This document shows positions 45,807 to 55,655 of a stretch of 64,000 nucleotides of DNA, in pieces. The stretch covers positions 32,001-96,000 of the forward strand of contig JBGTLG010000041.1 in assembly GCA_041744215.1 (NCBI GenBank), written 5' to 3'. Position numbers and translations under genes: made by a program. Origin of the DNA: Fimbriimonadales bacterium. Lineage in GTDB: Bacteria; Armatimonadota; Fimbriimonadia; Fimbriimonadales; ATM1. The notes below the pieces were generated by a model. That model searched no databases. It was not told the DNA's origin and saw only the letters and a list, made by a program, of their open reading frames with translations. Numbering within the stretch: position 1 is the first letter of the stretch; the number at the start of each line of letters is the position of its first letter.

Positions 45807-47591
45807 TCAGAAAGACCCACCGATTAGGAAGTGCGTCTTGGCTTTTCCTTCCTTGTTGATTCCGACATCCAGACGAATTGGCCCGAAAGGTGTTTTGAAA
45901 TTGACTCCAATGCCATAGCCCAAATTCATGTTGAGCTTGTTGCTCTGCGTGAAAGTGCGAATCCCCGGGTACCCGCTCCAGGCGCCTCCCCAATCCACGA
46001 ACCCAATCACATTAAATGCCTTTTGGATTGGATGACGATACTCAAGTTGGAACAAGAGCGCGTGTTTACCCCAGAATCGATCCTCGTCGTAACCGCGAAC
46101 TCCGCCCGATCCACCCACAAAGTATTGCTCGAAGAAGGGGGGCTCACCGACAATCGTCGCTGCAAAGGCCCGAAATGCTAAGACCTTCCGAGGTTCATCA
46201 AATTCTTCAATCGTTCGTGGTTTTTCGCTGCTTGAATAGACACGATAGTCAATCGATGTTCGCAGATACAATCGCTGGCCAAGACTATCGAATCCTACGT
46301 TCTGCCCGCCAACGCTCGTGATGTTGCTGAAGTTAGGCTCAACAGATACTCGTAACCAGTCCCCACGAGCTGGGTCCTGGTTGAAGTCTCGACGATTGCG
46401 CGTGATCCCAAGATTCAAACCTGCTGTAAATCCATCTTGAAACACAAACTCTTCGCCGGGATCGACGACAAAGTCGCGAGTGTTGATGTGCTGTGCCTCA
46501 AAACCGTAGAAGTATCGAGTGATCCGGTCTGCAACGCTTGAAAACATCAAGTTGCCACCAGTCATCCGTTGGGAGAACCTGCCTAATGGCCCGCCCTCGG
46601 ATCCAAAGAGTGAACTGCCAAACACAAGTGTCTCGCGAGAGAATATGCTCGCGTTTAGGGATGTTCGCTTCCGATCAACAAATGGGTCGCCGTAGTCGAG
46701 AGTGATGCTTGTGCCCAATCCTTGTGCAGACTGCAGAAGATTTACGCCGACCGATTTACCCGTCCCATTGAAGTTGCTGTCGTTTAGCGTGAACAGGCCC
46801 GCAAGGCGGTTCTTCGGGTCAAGTTGTAGACCCACGTTGAAGCTGCCTGTCCTTGTTTCTTTTAGATCAATCTTGACGACTACCTTCCCGAGCGAGTCTT
46901 CTGAGTCGATTACGTCTGGTCGAATCTCCTCAAACCACCGCGTGTCTGCGAGTCGCTTGAGGTCTTCTTGTAACTGTGTGAAGTTGAGGATCTGATTTTC
47001 TTCAGTGTCTATCGCTCGGCGAACGACTCCTGGCCGGGTTCTCGTCAGTCCCGTGATCTCGACTCTCTCGATGCTGGCCTCAGTCACCGTAACCTTGAGG
47101 ATTGAAGGATCTTCCATCAACGGCTCGTATTCAGTAACCCGGGCGAAGTAGCCCTGCCTTCGGTACAACTCGGAAACGCCGCGAGCATCCTGCTCAAGCA
47201 CGTTCGGATTGAAAACCTGTCCCACCCTGTTCCTTAGGGCGCCTGTGATCATCTCTGTGGGAACGACAGTATTCCCTTCGACTCGAATCGCGGTGATCAC
47301 CTCCCATTCAACTACTTCGACAACGACTCTCCAACGTCCATTGTCCAGAAGTTGACCATAAACCTTGACATCCTGAAACTGATTTGTGTTCTCAAGAGCT
47401 TGCTTGTCGCGAGCTAGCTGCGTGGGTTGATAAACTTGTCCCACCTTGCTCCCAATGATGTTGACTATCAGCGCTTCGGATACGGCCTTGTTGCCGCGCA
47501 CGACAACCTCACCAATCAGTTCGTTGCCCTGGCTGATCGCTGGGGTAGTGGCAGAAAGCAAAATGAAGAGGCAAATGAGTGGTCTGGTCAA
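45807..47591 (-). CDS. bamA: BamA/Omp85 outer-membrane assembly factor
   Basis: POTRA repeats (VRGNK, VEGNT, ITGLTRT), VRGY motif, TPFGPIRLD, C-terminal F. Confidence 0.88.
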   Translation of the reverse strand: MTRPLICLFILLSATTPAISQGNELIGEVVVRGNKAVSEALIVNIIGSKVGQVYQPTQLARDKQALENTNQFQDVKVYGQLLDNGRWRVVVEVVEWEVITAIRVEGNTVVPTEMITGALRNRVGQVFNPNVLEQDARGVSELYRRQGYFARVTEYEPLMEDPSILKVTVTEASIERVEITGLTRTRPGVVRRAIDTEENQILNFTQLQEDLKRLADTRWFEEIRPDVIDSEDSLGKVVVKIDLKETRTGSFNVGLQLDPKNRLAGLFTLNDSNFNGTGKSVGVNLLQSAQGLGTSITLDYGDPFVDRKRTSLNASIFSRETLVFGSSLFGSEGGPLGRFSQRMTGGNLMFSSVADRITRYFYGFEAQHINTRDFVVDPGEEFVFQDGFTAGLNLGITRNRRDFNQDPARGDWLRVSVEPNFSNITSVGGQNVGFDSLGQRLYLRTSIDYRVYSSSEKPRTIEEFDEPRKVLAFRAFAATIVGEPPFFEQYFVGGSGGVRGYDEDRFWGKHALLFQLEYRHPIQKAFNVIGFVDWGGAWSGYPGIRTFTQSNKLNMNLGYGIGVNFKTPFGPIRLDVGINKEGKAKTHFLIGGSF

Positions 47592-47607
47592 CGGTTCCTC
47601 CGAAGCG

Positions 47608-48144
47608 TCATGTTTTCAAATATGGAGCAAGGCGCTGGCGCAGCTGCTGGCGCGCACGCGCCAGGCGACTACGAACCGCCTCAACGGTGATATCCATCGA
47701 TTGGGCGATTTCTTCATAGGATAGCCCCTCGATGTCGCGCAATACTACGCACTCGCGGTAGCCGAGGGGCAAACTTTCGATCGCCTCGGTCAAATGAGTC
47801 CTCAATTCCGAGATCTCGGCCGACCTCTCTGGATCTGCCGTTCGATCTGGCAAGTCCATCGTTTCCTCGCCGTCCCCAGACTCGAGGGGTTGTTCGCGAT
47901 CGCGCCTTCGCCCGACCTTGGCGAGACGATCCTTGTTCAAGTTGATTAGAATTCGGTACAGCCATGTGTAAGCTTGCGACTCTTTCCTAAACTTTCCCCA
48001 GGCACGGAACGCCCGCAGGAACGTATCTTGGACGAGTTCTGCCGCCTCATCTGGGTTCGATGTCAGGCGCAAAGCGACGCCATAAAGCCGCCGCTCGAAG
48101 AGGGAGACAAGTTTCTCAAATTCCCTCTCGTGGCTGCCTAGCAT
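47608..48144 (-). CDS. ECF-type RNA polymerase sigma factor
   Basis: AAELVQDTFLRAF, TWLYRI, LRDIEGLSYEEIA, VRSRLARAR; SD AAGGAGG before ATG 48144. Confidence 0.9.
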   Translation of the reverse strand: MLGSHEREFEKLVSLFERRLYGVALRLTSNPDEAAELVQDTFLRAFRAWGKFRKESQAYTWLYRILINLNKDRLAKVGRRRDREQPLESGDGEETMDLPDRTADPERSAEISELRTHLTEAIESLPLGYRECVVLRDIEGLSYEEIAQSMDITVEAVRSRLARARQQLRQRLAPYLKT

Positions 48145-48211
48145 GGTCGCCTCCTTGCGTCCTGGTGCGTTAGACCTTGCTCCATTGGATTCGTTTCGCG
48201 AGACCGGGACC

Positions 48212-51200
48212 TTAGAACCGACCGGAGTATCCGAGAGAGGCCCTCCAGAGTCCTTCTCCATCTATGCCGAAAGCCAGGTTTAGACGATTCAGAAGCGAAC
48301 CGCGCAGGGGTGGACGATAGATTATCTGAATCAATTCGATTGCACGAGTCCTCGGAGATTCGTCAATTGGCCGACGGTATTCCAGCGTGAAACCATTTCC
48401 GATCGACTTGCCAAGCGTGACAACTCCGCTTGCTCCCTGGCTGAAATCGATGAACACGTAATCCAATCCGAAGGATCGCTCGATGCCCTGCGTCAGCGGC
48501 GCGAGAATGTTCGGAGCTGCCAGGCTCAGAATATCCCTCAACTGCGCTTCAAAGTTCCCCGAGATCGCCCCGCCGATCGATTCGAATAGTTGTCGCTGGC
48601 CGAGAATCGCGAAGATCTGATCGCGTGACAGGTCGGGGGGGTCTGAATTGGCTTCGATTCGCAACTCGTCCCGTGAAAGAACATCACCTGAAACGTTTAG
48701 GTTAATCGTGTATCTTTGAATATTAAGGCCATTGAAAGCGGTTGCCCTGGTGGTCGCGTCAAAATCAACCTGGAGCGTTGGCAATGTCTGACCGGTGAAG
48801 TCGGCACCATACTTGAAATGCGCGACCCCACCCTGCTCGATGCCTATGCGATGCGTAGGCAAAGAGATCGCGCCAGACTGAATCGTGAACAGCATATCAG
48901 CCAGCGGATTCGAAAGGCTGCCCAATAGAAAACCGGTCGCATCAACTTCGGCACGCAACACACCGCTCCGAAATGATCCGTTGTTTATTCGAATCGCGCG
49001 AATTGCGAAGTTGGGATCGATTGGCAACACACCGGTGCCTTCACCCGAAGGCACATCACCATCTAAAACAAGCGAGGCATTGTCGATTGAGATAACCGCG
49101 TGGTCGCTTCCAATTGTTGGCGTTAGCAATGACCCCGAAACATTAACCCCTGTTGTCGAGACTACCGCGCGCAACACATTGCCATCACCGAATCGTTGAG
49201 AGATCGGTAGTGCCGTAAGATTCAACTCTGTTTCCGACGTGAACGCATCCGCGATCACGTCGTATCCGCCCCTAACGAAAAACTCGCCACCATTGACCGT
49301 TGAGCCGCTCACGTCGAGACCTATGATATGGCCAGACTGCAATCGCAGTTCAGCGCTTGGAACGACTAGAACAGTGTCCATGCCGTTAAACTTGAGTCGC
49401 TCCGCGTTAGCCGAGAGAGTGCCATCTACACGCCACTCGGCTTTAGTCCCTGACACAGTCAGGGATCCGCCGGTAAACGTGCCACGCGTCTCCTCCGTAT
49501 CGAGTCCCCCGAAAAAGCGGGAAAGCGCGTTCAGGTCACGGGACGGAACATCGATGAGAGCGAAGATGGACTCCCCATCGGGGACCTCAAATGGATACCG
49601 GAAGGGAACTCGTGCTTCGATCAACCTTGCCTCGAGCCCCCTCACTCCAAGCTGGCCGCCGTCGGCGACGATTTCCCCATCCGAAATCGATATGCGATCA
49701 ATAGCGAAAGCGTCAACGGAGTACTGATCAAAGGCCAAGTCACGGCCATTCACCGATGCGATGATGTCTGGCGAACTGGTCTTGCCGAACACCAGAAACG
49801 GAACCTGTACCACGCCACGAATACCTGCTAGCTCGGGCCAAAGATTCGGGAGCCAATCAAGATCAATTCTTGAAAACTCCCCGTCGAGCTGTAGGTCGCC
49901 CAATTCTTCAATGAAGTTGTCACGGTCTTTGTTCAGCGCAAACCGAACGGGACCTCCTTCGAGAGATGCACGCTCGATGGTCCACTTTCCGTCCTGCCGA
50001 TCTGCGCTCACATCTAAAACTCCGAGATCGAGAGATCGAAACTTGATGTCCGAAACAGTCAGTGCAATCGCGGTTCGCCACTCTTCGAGCGTTCCACCAA
50101 AGTGTGCGATGGCAGTAACTGACGCTTCCGTTTCCGCGATCATCTCCCTCAGGGCTGGCGGGGCGAGGTCCAGCAGTTCGTCGCTAAAAGCTCGGTACAA
50201 CGGAACGGTCGAAAAGCGGAGCATTGAAATCGATCCCGAAATGTCCTTTGTCGACCAATCCACTGACGCATCTTCTGCAACAATGAATCCGTCAAGACTG
50301 CCAATCGCGCCATTGACAAGTATCCGAGTGTCTTCCAGTGTCACTTCTAAGTCGCCAGAACCGACAGGAACGCCGTCAAGCTCGATATCTTCAGCACGAA
50401 TTGAGACTTGCCCACTCGTCGGCACAGCGTCCAAAAATGTCAGCGCACCGGTGAGGTCGATCGTCCCGGTCATCGATGTGTTGGGGCCGATGTAAGAACG
50501 CAGGCTCTCTGCAGGCAGATTTGCACCCGAAAACGCGATCACACTTTCGCCGTGCAACGCCACCGTTCCCGATGCGCTGAACTTTCCGTCCCCGACCATA
50601 GCTGTGAGTTCCTCCAGATGAACTGCGCCGGCTCGCCATTCGAAACGCGCACCAAGCGAGTTGGCGGTAATGAGGTCAATGAGCGCATTGGTTGCGCTCA
50701 GCTCGGCGCGGACGATTGGATCACCCAGCGTGCCGGATGCGGACCAACTTCCGGATGCGAGGCCATAGATCCGTGAATTCGGAAAGTAGTAAAGCACGGA
50801 TGCGTCGTTGACAAGCCCTCTTCCCGATAGCAGGCCCCCAGAAACTAAGCTCAACTCAATCTCTCCGGTCAACTGGCCGACCCCCGCACGTATGTCGATG
50901 CCTCTAGCAAACAACGTGTCGTCAGCTACCCGCAATGAGGCGGCAGAAAACGGGAGCGAATATCCATTGATGAAAGCATCGTAGACTTCGGCGTCAGCCT
51001 CAGCGATTGGTTTTTGGAGACTGCCTTTGATTGACCCTTGTGCAAAGACTGTGCCTGATGCAGGCGAGGATGGGAACAGGCCAAGCGAAACCGAAAAGGC
51101 CTCGAACTTAAAGTCAAGAGATTCGTCGTGAAGTCCGAAGAAGCCACTCGCGCGAACTGAGCCGCTGGGTCCTGCCAGCTCAACTATCTTGAAATCAAAT

Positions 51201-52693
51201 CGTCCGTCCGAAAAAGCCGCGCGCGAACGGACGTCGACAGTCTCAACAACAGATTCTTGGTCGTCTTCCAATAGTAAGTCGGCGGTCCCTTCAAGATTCA
51301 CGGTCGCACTGACATCAGCGAGGGGGCCTTCTATCAGTGCGTTGACGTTCACCCTGCCGCCAAGTACGTACACTCGCGGCAAGTTTGGTACGCGGTCAAG
51401 GCTAATCCCTGATGCGGAAAGAGAGCCGCGAATCGTCGGCTCCTCAGTCAGTACAAGCGCGAAGTCTCCAGTTGCAGCCGAGCCGTACAAGTTGCCAGTT
51501 GTATTTGTAAACAACAGTGTAGTTCCATCTGTGACGAAGTTTGACGCCACATCGCTCGCTGTGTAATCTGAAAGAGATACGGACGCTGCGACCAGGTTGC
51601 CAGCGACGGCTACCCGGCGGCCGTACTCGACGTCGCCTTCGAATCGCGCCCGCGAAAACCGCAAGTCAGCCGGAAGCATCGGCTCGCTAACTAGCCTTCG
51701 GACCGCTGCGTCCGAGTCCGCCCACGCGCTGCCAGACAATCGAATAGCGAATCCATCGGCCCAGCCAATACTGCCCGTCGCGTTCGCCATTGCGCCCGTT
51801 GCGACCGCTTCGAAGTCACCCGACATCCCGCGCTCAGTCGCATAACCGTCAAACCTCGCGCGATGCACCGACCGTCCAAACAACACGAGGGAGCTTGCGG
51901 TGGCAACGCCGCGGGCATCCAGGCGCACTTGCTCGTCGAAGGCTATGTTGACAACGCCACTGAATTGACCGGAAACAATGCTCCAATCCTTGAGCCACTC
52001 GCTCTCGCGAAACTCTGGAGATGCATCCAGATAACGGCGCACTCTGCCTAACTGGAAGCTTGGCGTATCAATCGTCGCATCTTTAAGCACTCCGTCCAGA
52101 TACGATGCACTTGCGACGAGCCGCCCCGCATCCTCGATGAACCCGCTCAAGTAAAGAGTCCAGTTCTCACCGACGCCTTCTACGCGAATCTTCTCAAAGT
52201 CGCCAACCCAATCGCCTACAGGGCCTACTGAGCGATCGGAAAGATAAACGCGAGTCTTTGAAACGTTGACGACAAACGGAAGCGCCTCGACTTCTTCGTC
52301 TGGGGGAGTTGGGAGCAGCCGCTCGAAACTCCACAGCCCGCCCTCGTCTCTCGACAGCCGCACTTCTCCACCTTCAGCATCAACGTGAACGACCTTGCCA
52401 ATCCAGGGCAGAGGCGGGATAACTCTTATCCTCTCTGCAGCAAGTATCCGCTTCCCTTCAGGGTCAAACGCCTCAACACCCTCTGCAGAGATCCAAGTAA
52501 GTGTGTCGCCAACTTCAACGTGACGGGCGAGGATTGTGACCGTACCGCCGCTGGCCTCGTAGGTTAATCTGACGTTGCGATAAGGTCCTTGGAGCGCGTC
52601 GATATACCGGTTAATGTACGCCGCAGCCCATATCGACAGCGCGAGCGTTGGAAGGGTGAACGCGATGGCGAAGATCTCTCGAGATACCCGAAT
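48212..52693 (-). CDS. tamB: TamB/AsmA-like translocation and assembly module protein (probable ATT start)
   Basis: ~1490 aa beta-rich protein with a TamB-like C-terminus (ANSDPPDLSRDQIFAIL); the frame stays open 110 codons upstream of the listed GTG and includes an N-terminal TM segment. Confidence 0.75.
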   Translation of the reverse strand: MRVSREIFAIAFTLPTLALSIWAAAYINRYIDALQGPYRNVRLTYEASGGTVTILARHVEVGDTLTWISAEGVEAFDPEGKRILAAERIRVIPPLPWIGKVVHVDAEGGEVRLSRDEGGLWSFERLLPTPPDEEVEALPFVVNVSKTRVYLSDRSVGPVGDWVGDFEKIRVEGVGENWTLYLSGFIEDAGRLVASASYLDGVLKDATIDTPSFQLGRVRRYLDASPEFRESEWLKDWSIVSGQFSGVVNIAFDEQVRLDARGVATASSLVLFGRSVHRARFDGYATERGMSGDFEAVATGAMANATGSIGWADGFAIRLSGSAWADSDAAVRRLVSEPMLPADLRFSRARFEGDVEYGRRVAVAGNLVAASVSLSDYTASDVASNFVTDGTTLLFTNTTGNLYGSAATGDFALVLTEEPTIRGSLSASGISLDRVPNLPRVYVLGGRVNVNALIEGPLADVSATVNLEGTADLLLEDDQESVVETVDVRSRAAFSDGRFDFKIVELAGPSGSVRASGFFGLHDESLDFKFEAFSVSLGLFPSSPASGTVFAQGSIKGSLQKPIAEADAEVYDAFINGYSLPFSAASLRVADDTLFARGIDIRAGVGQLTGEIELSLVSGGLLSGRGLVNDASVLYYFPNSRIYGLASGSWSASGTLGDPIVRAELSATNALIDLITANSLGARFEWRAGAVHLEELTAMVGDGKFSASGTVALHGESVIAFSGANLPAESLRSYIGPNTSMTGTIDLTGALTFLDAVPTSGQVSIRAEDIELDGVPVGSGDLEVTLEDTRILVNGAIGSLDGFIVAEDASVDWSTKDISGSISMLRFSTVPLYRAFSDELLDLAPPALREMIAETEASVTAIAHFGGTLEEWRTAIALTVSDIKFRSLDLGVLDVSADRQDGKWTIERASLEGGPVRFALNKDRDNFIEELGDLQLDGEFSRIDLDWLPNLWPELAGIRGVVQVPFLVFGKTSSPDIIASVNGRDLAFDQYSVDAFAIDRISISDGEIVADGGQLGVRGLEARLIEARVPFRYPFEVPDGESIFALIDVPSRDLNALSRFFGGLDTEETRGTFTGGSLTVSGTKAEWRVDGTLSANAERLKFNGMDTVLVVPSAELRLQSGHIIGLDVSGSTVNGGEFFVRGGYDVIADAFTSETELNLTALPISQRFGDGNVLRAVVSTTGVNVSGSLLTPTIGSDHAVISIDNASLVLDGDVPSGEGTGVLPIDPNFAIRAIRINNGSFRSGVLRAEVDATGFLLGSLSNPLADMLFTIQSGAISLPTHRIGIEQGGVAHFKYGADFTGQTLPTLQVDFDATTRATAFNGLNIQRYTINLNVSGDVLSRDELRIEANSDPPDLSRDQIFAILGQRQLFESIGGAISGNFEAQLRDILSLAAPNILAPLTQGIERSFGLDYVFIDFSQGASGVVTLGKSIGNGFTLEYRRPIDESPRTRAIELIQIIYRPPLRGSLLNRLNLAFGIDGEGLWRASLGYSGRF

Positions 52694-52697
52694 GGTG

Positions 52698-53582
52698 TCA
52701 GCCTCCTGCGGCGGCGAGCCGCTCGGCCATCACTTTCTTGCTGAACTCAATTGCGTTGTACGAACTTCGAACGAAGGGACCGCTCGCAACGAACGCAAAT
52801 CCCATATCTTCGCCAAGCTTTTGGTAGTGCTCAAACTTTGACGGGTGTACGAATGTGTTTACAGGCAAATGGCGCATGGTCGGGCGCAGATACTGTCCGA
52901 TTGTGACTGCGTCGACGTCTACAGCGCGCAAGTCCTTCAGCGCTTGAACAACCTCTTCTTCCGTTTCGCCCAACCCGAGCATGATGCCTGACTTAGTGTA
53001 AATCGAAGCATCAAGTTCTTTCACCATCCTCAGCACCTGAAGTGAGCGGTCATACTTTGCTTGCGGCCTTACTATCGTGGAGAGCCTGCGGACTGTTTCG
53101 AGATTGTGATTAAAGATTTCGGGCTTCGCGTCCGTCACGATCTTGATACACCACCGCTTCGCTTTGAAGTCCGGTGTGAGCACTTCGACAATCGCGTGCG
53201 GTTGGGCTTTGTGAAGTGCTCGAATCGTCTCAGCGAACTGACCGGCTCCCTCGTCCGCTAGGTCGTCCCTGGCAACACTCGTCACAACGACGTGCTTCAA
53301 CCCCAACTCCGCCGAAACCTCTGCCACATTCTGTGGCTCGTATGCATCCACCTCAAGCGGCTTGCCGACCTTAATCGCACAAAAGCCACAGGCCCGTGTA
53401 CAGGTATCGCCCAAAATCATGAACGTTGCGGTCTTCTTCGACCAGCACTCGGGAAGGTTCGGACAGCGGGCACTTTCGCAGACCGTGTGGAGGCGGGCTT
53501 TCCGCATCATTTCCCGGACCTCGTTGATCGTGTCAGGGCGGGGAAGCCGGATGGTCAGCCATTCTGGCAGACGTTGAACCAT
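52698..53582 (-). CDS. lipA: Lipoyl synthase
   Basis: CESARCPNLPEC, CTRACGFC, TSVARDDL, FNHNLETV, GQYLRP, VRSSY. Confidence 0.96.
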   Translation of the reverse strand: MVQRLPEWLTIRLPRPDTINEVREMMRKARLHTVCESARCPNLPECWSKKTATFMILGDTCTRACGFCAIKVGKPLEVDAYEPQNVAEVSAELGLKHVVVTSVARDDLADEGAGQFAETIRALHKAQPHAIVEVLTPDFKAKRWCIKIVTDAKPEIFNHNLETVRRLSTIVRPQAKYDRSLQVLRMVKELDASIYTKSGIMLGLGETEEEVVQALKDLRAVDVDAVTIGQYLRPTMRHLPVNTFVHPSKFEHYQKLGEDMGFAFVASGPFVRSSYNAIEFSKKVMAERLAAAGG

Positions 53583-53626
53583 TTGAACTCCAGATTATAG
53601 CGTACAGGGGCGTATAATCCGCCGTT

Positions 53627-53785
53627 GTGACCGCCCGAAAGAGACCTCGCCAGCCGTTTCCTTGGGGGCTTTGGGTGCTCGCTATCCTCACGTTTGCGGC
53701 GGCATACCTATTCTTTGGGCTTCCTCACCAGCTTGGCAAAAGAGAGATGAAAACAGAGTTTTTCCAATCGGAGCCCAGACGTTGA
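53627..53785 (+). CDS. Small single-pass membrane protein (52 aa), below the ORF-track cutoff
   Basis: GTG 8 nt after TATAAT; MTARKRPRQPFPWGLWVLAILTFAAAYLFFGLPHQLGKREMKTEFFQSEPRR; stop overlaps the ychF start (TTGA). Confidence 0.65.
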   Translation: MTARKRPRQPFPWGLWVLAILTFAAAYLFFGLPHQLGKREMKTEFFQSEPRR

Positions 53786-54816
53786 AGGCTGGGCTTATCG
53801 GCTACCCTTTCGCAGGCAAGACGACCTTGTTCGAGGCCGTTGCGATGAACAATCGAAGCGGAGATCTTGCGTCGGTCGCAGTGCCAGACCCACGCCTCGA
53901 CGCAATCTGCTCCGTTATTCAACCTAAGAAGAGAACACCGACTACCCTCGAACTAATGGACAACGCTGCCCGTATGCCAGAACCCGGCCGCGGAAAACCC
54001 GCGGACTTTGCCGCTGCCGCACGTCGGGTGGATGTGCTGATTCATGTGGTGCGAGAGTTTGATTCAACGTCGGTTCCTTTCCACGGGGAGCCAAATCCAA
54101 TTCGTGATCAGTCGGCTGTCGAAACTGAACTCATACTCGCGGACCTGCAGTTAGTAGAGAACCGCCTTGACAAGCTCGCAAAGTCACACGATGCACGCAA
54201 GCCTGGCTCTCAAGATTACTTGGAGAAAGTGCTCTTTGAACGAATCAAGCCCGAACTTGAAAGCGGAACGAGGCTGAGAGATCTTGAGTTTCCCGAAGAT
54301 GAGAATGAGATTCTCAGCAAATATCAGATGCTCTCGCTCAAGCCGATGGTTGTAGCAATCAACTGCGCAGAGACGTCGATAGGCGACGACTCAAAGCTTG
54401 AAGCGACGTGCAAGGATCCAGTCTTCCGAATATGCGCAGAGGTGGAAAGAGAGATTGCCAAGATGGAATCGGCCGATCGGGATGTTTTCCTCCAAGACCT
54501 CGGAATCTCAAAACCAGCAAGTGAAAGCCTGATCCGTGCGGTTTACGACGCTCTGGGCTTGATAACCTTTTTCACTGCGGGACAAAACGAAACCAAAGCA
54601 TGGCCTCTTCGAAGAGGAGCCTCCGCGGTAAAGGCGGCCGGGGTAGTTCACACTGACATCGCGCGCGGCTTCATCCGTGCGGAGGTGGTTCACTACGCCG
54701 ACTTCGAGGCTAAGGGTAGCGTCAAAGCCTGTTACGACGATGGCATGATGAAACTCGAAGGGAAGGACTACGTCGTGCAAGACGGAGACATCATCAACAT
54801 TAGGAACAAGTCATAA
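53782..54816 (+). CDS. ychF: Obg-family ATPase YchF
   Basis: GLIGYPFAGKTTLF, VAVPDPRL, ELILADL, LITFFTAG, HTDIARGFIRAEV, EGKDYVVQDGD; TTG start at 53782. Confidence 0.9.
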   Translation: MKAGLIGYPFAGKTTLFEAVAMNNRSGDLASVAVPDPRLDAICSVIQPKKRTPTTLELMDNAARMPEPGRGKPADFAAAARRVDVLIHVVREFDSTSVPFHGEPNPIRDQSAVETELILADLQLVENRLDKLAKSHDARKPGSQDYLEKVLFERIKPELESGTRLRDLEFPEDENEILSKYQMLSLKPMVVAINCAETSIGDDSKLEATCKDPVFRICAEVEREIAKMESADRDVFLQDLGISKPASESLIRAVYDALGLITFFTAGQNETKAWPLRRGASAVKAAGVVHTDIARGFIRAEVVHYADFEAKGSVKACYDDGMMKLEGKDYVVQDGDIINIRNKS

Positions 54817-54818
54817 AG

Positions 54819-55655
54819 ATGATGTCGGATTGGAGAGCGATCGTCCCAGCCACAGAAGGAGCACTCAGGTTCGGCCTGTTAGGCGACCCTGTTGAGGGAA
54901 CAATCTATCCGACGATGGTCTCGGCTGCTCTGAAAGAGATGGGATTGCGCGGCGAGTATCACACCATCCAAGTGCCCAGCGCGGAGTTTGAAGAAGCAGT
55001 TCACCACCTCGCCACTGTGGGATTTCTCGGAGTTAACGTCACCCTACCGCATAAAGCCCGCGCCGCCCGGATCGCAGAGCGGTACTACGAAGTTAAGCAC
55101 AACGTTGGCGTTGCAAACGCGCTCAAACTGAAAGATGGCATTTGGGGAATGAACACCGAAGTCCCTGCGTTTGTTGCCCCGATTAAACACCTCGAACCAA
55201 GCGTTGCACTGGTTCTCGGCAGTGGGCCAGCAGCGAGAACTGCAATCACAGCGCTCCTCATAGAAGGATGGAGAGTTAAAGTCTGGAACAAGAACGCGAT
55301 GAAATCACGGCTACTGCGCTCGGTCCTGCAGCGGATGGGTGATACCGAACTCATTGCGTATGCGAACCCCGCCGGATGTTCGCTAATTGTAAATGCAACG
55401 AGAGCAGGGATGAAGCCAGGCGAACAGCCCAACATCGAGTGGAAGAATGTGCGGCGAGGCGCGGTTGCATACGACTTCGTTTTTCGTCGGGTCGCAACTG
55501 AGTTTCTTCGCTCGGCGGCGTCCCGCGGACTCCAGACGATCGATGGGCGCGAGATGGCCGTTGAAAAGGCTGCTCTCGCACTTGAGTGGTGGTTGGAGCA
55601 GACGGTGCCGCGACAACCGATGCGCAATGCTGTCGGGCTGGCAGTTAAGCCTTGA
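54819..55655 (+). CDS. Shikimate dehydrogenase family protein (divergent)
   Basis: [41 protein letters not shown]. Confidence 0.75.
   Translation: MMSDWRAIVPATEGALRFGLLGDPVEGTIYPTMVSAALKEMGLRGEYHTIQVPSAEFEEAVHHLATVGFLGVNVTLPHKARAARIAERYYEVKHNVGVANALKLKDGIWGMNTEVPAFVAPIKHLEPSVALVLGSGPAARTAITALLIEGWRVKVWNKNAMKSRLLRSVLQRMGDTELIAYANPAGCSLIVNATRAGMKPGEQPNIEWKNVRRGAVAYDFVFRRVATEFLRSAASRGLQTIDGREMAVEKAALALEWWLEQTVPRQPMRNAVGLAVKP

Noticed and set aside
52363-52700. Frameshift or pseudogene at the tamB 5' end
   Set aside because: Manual translation shows one continuous frame, so a non-canonical start explains the gap.
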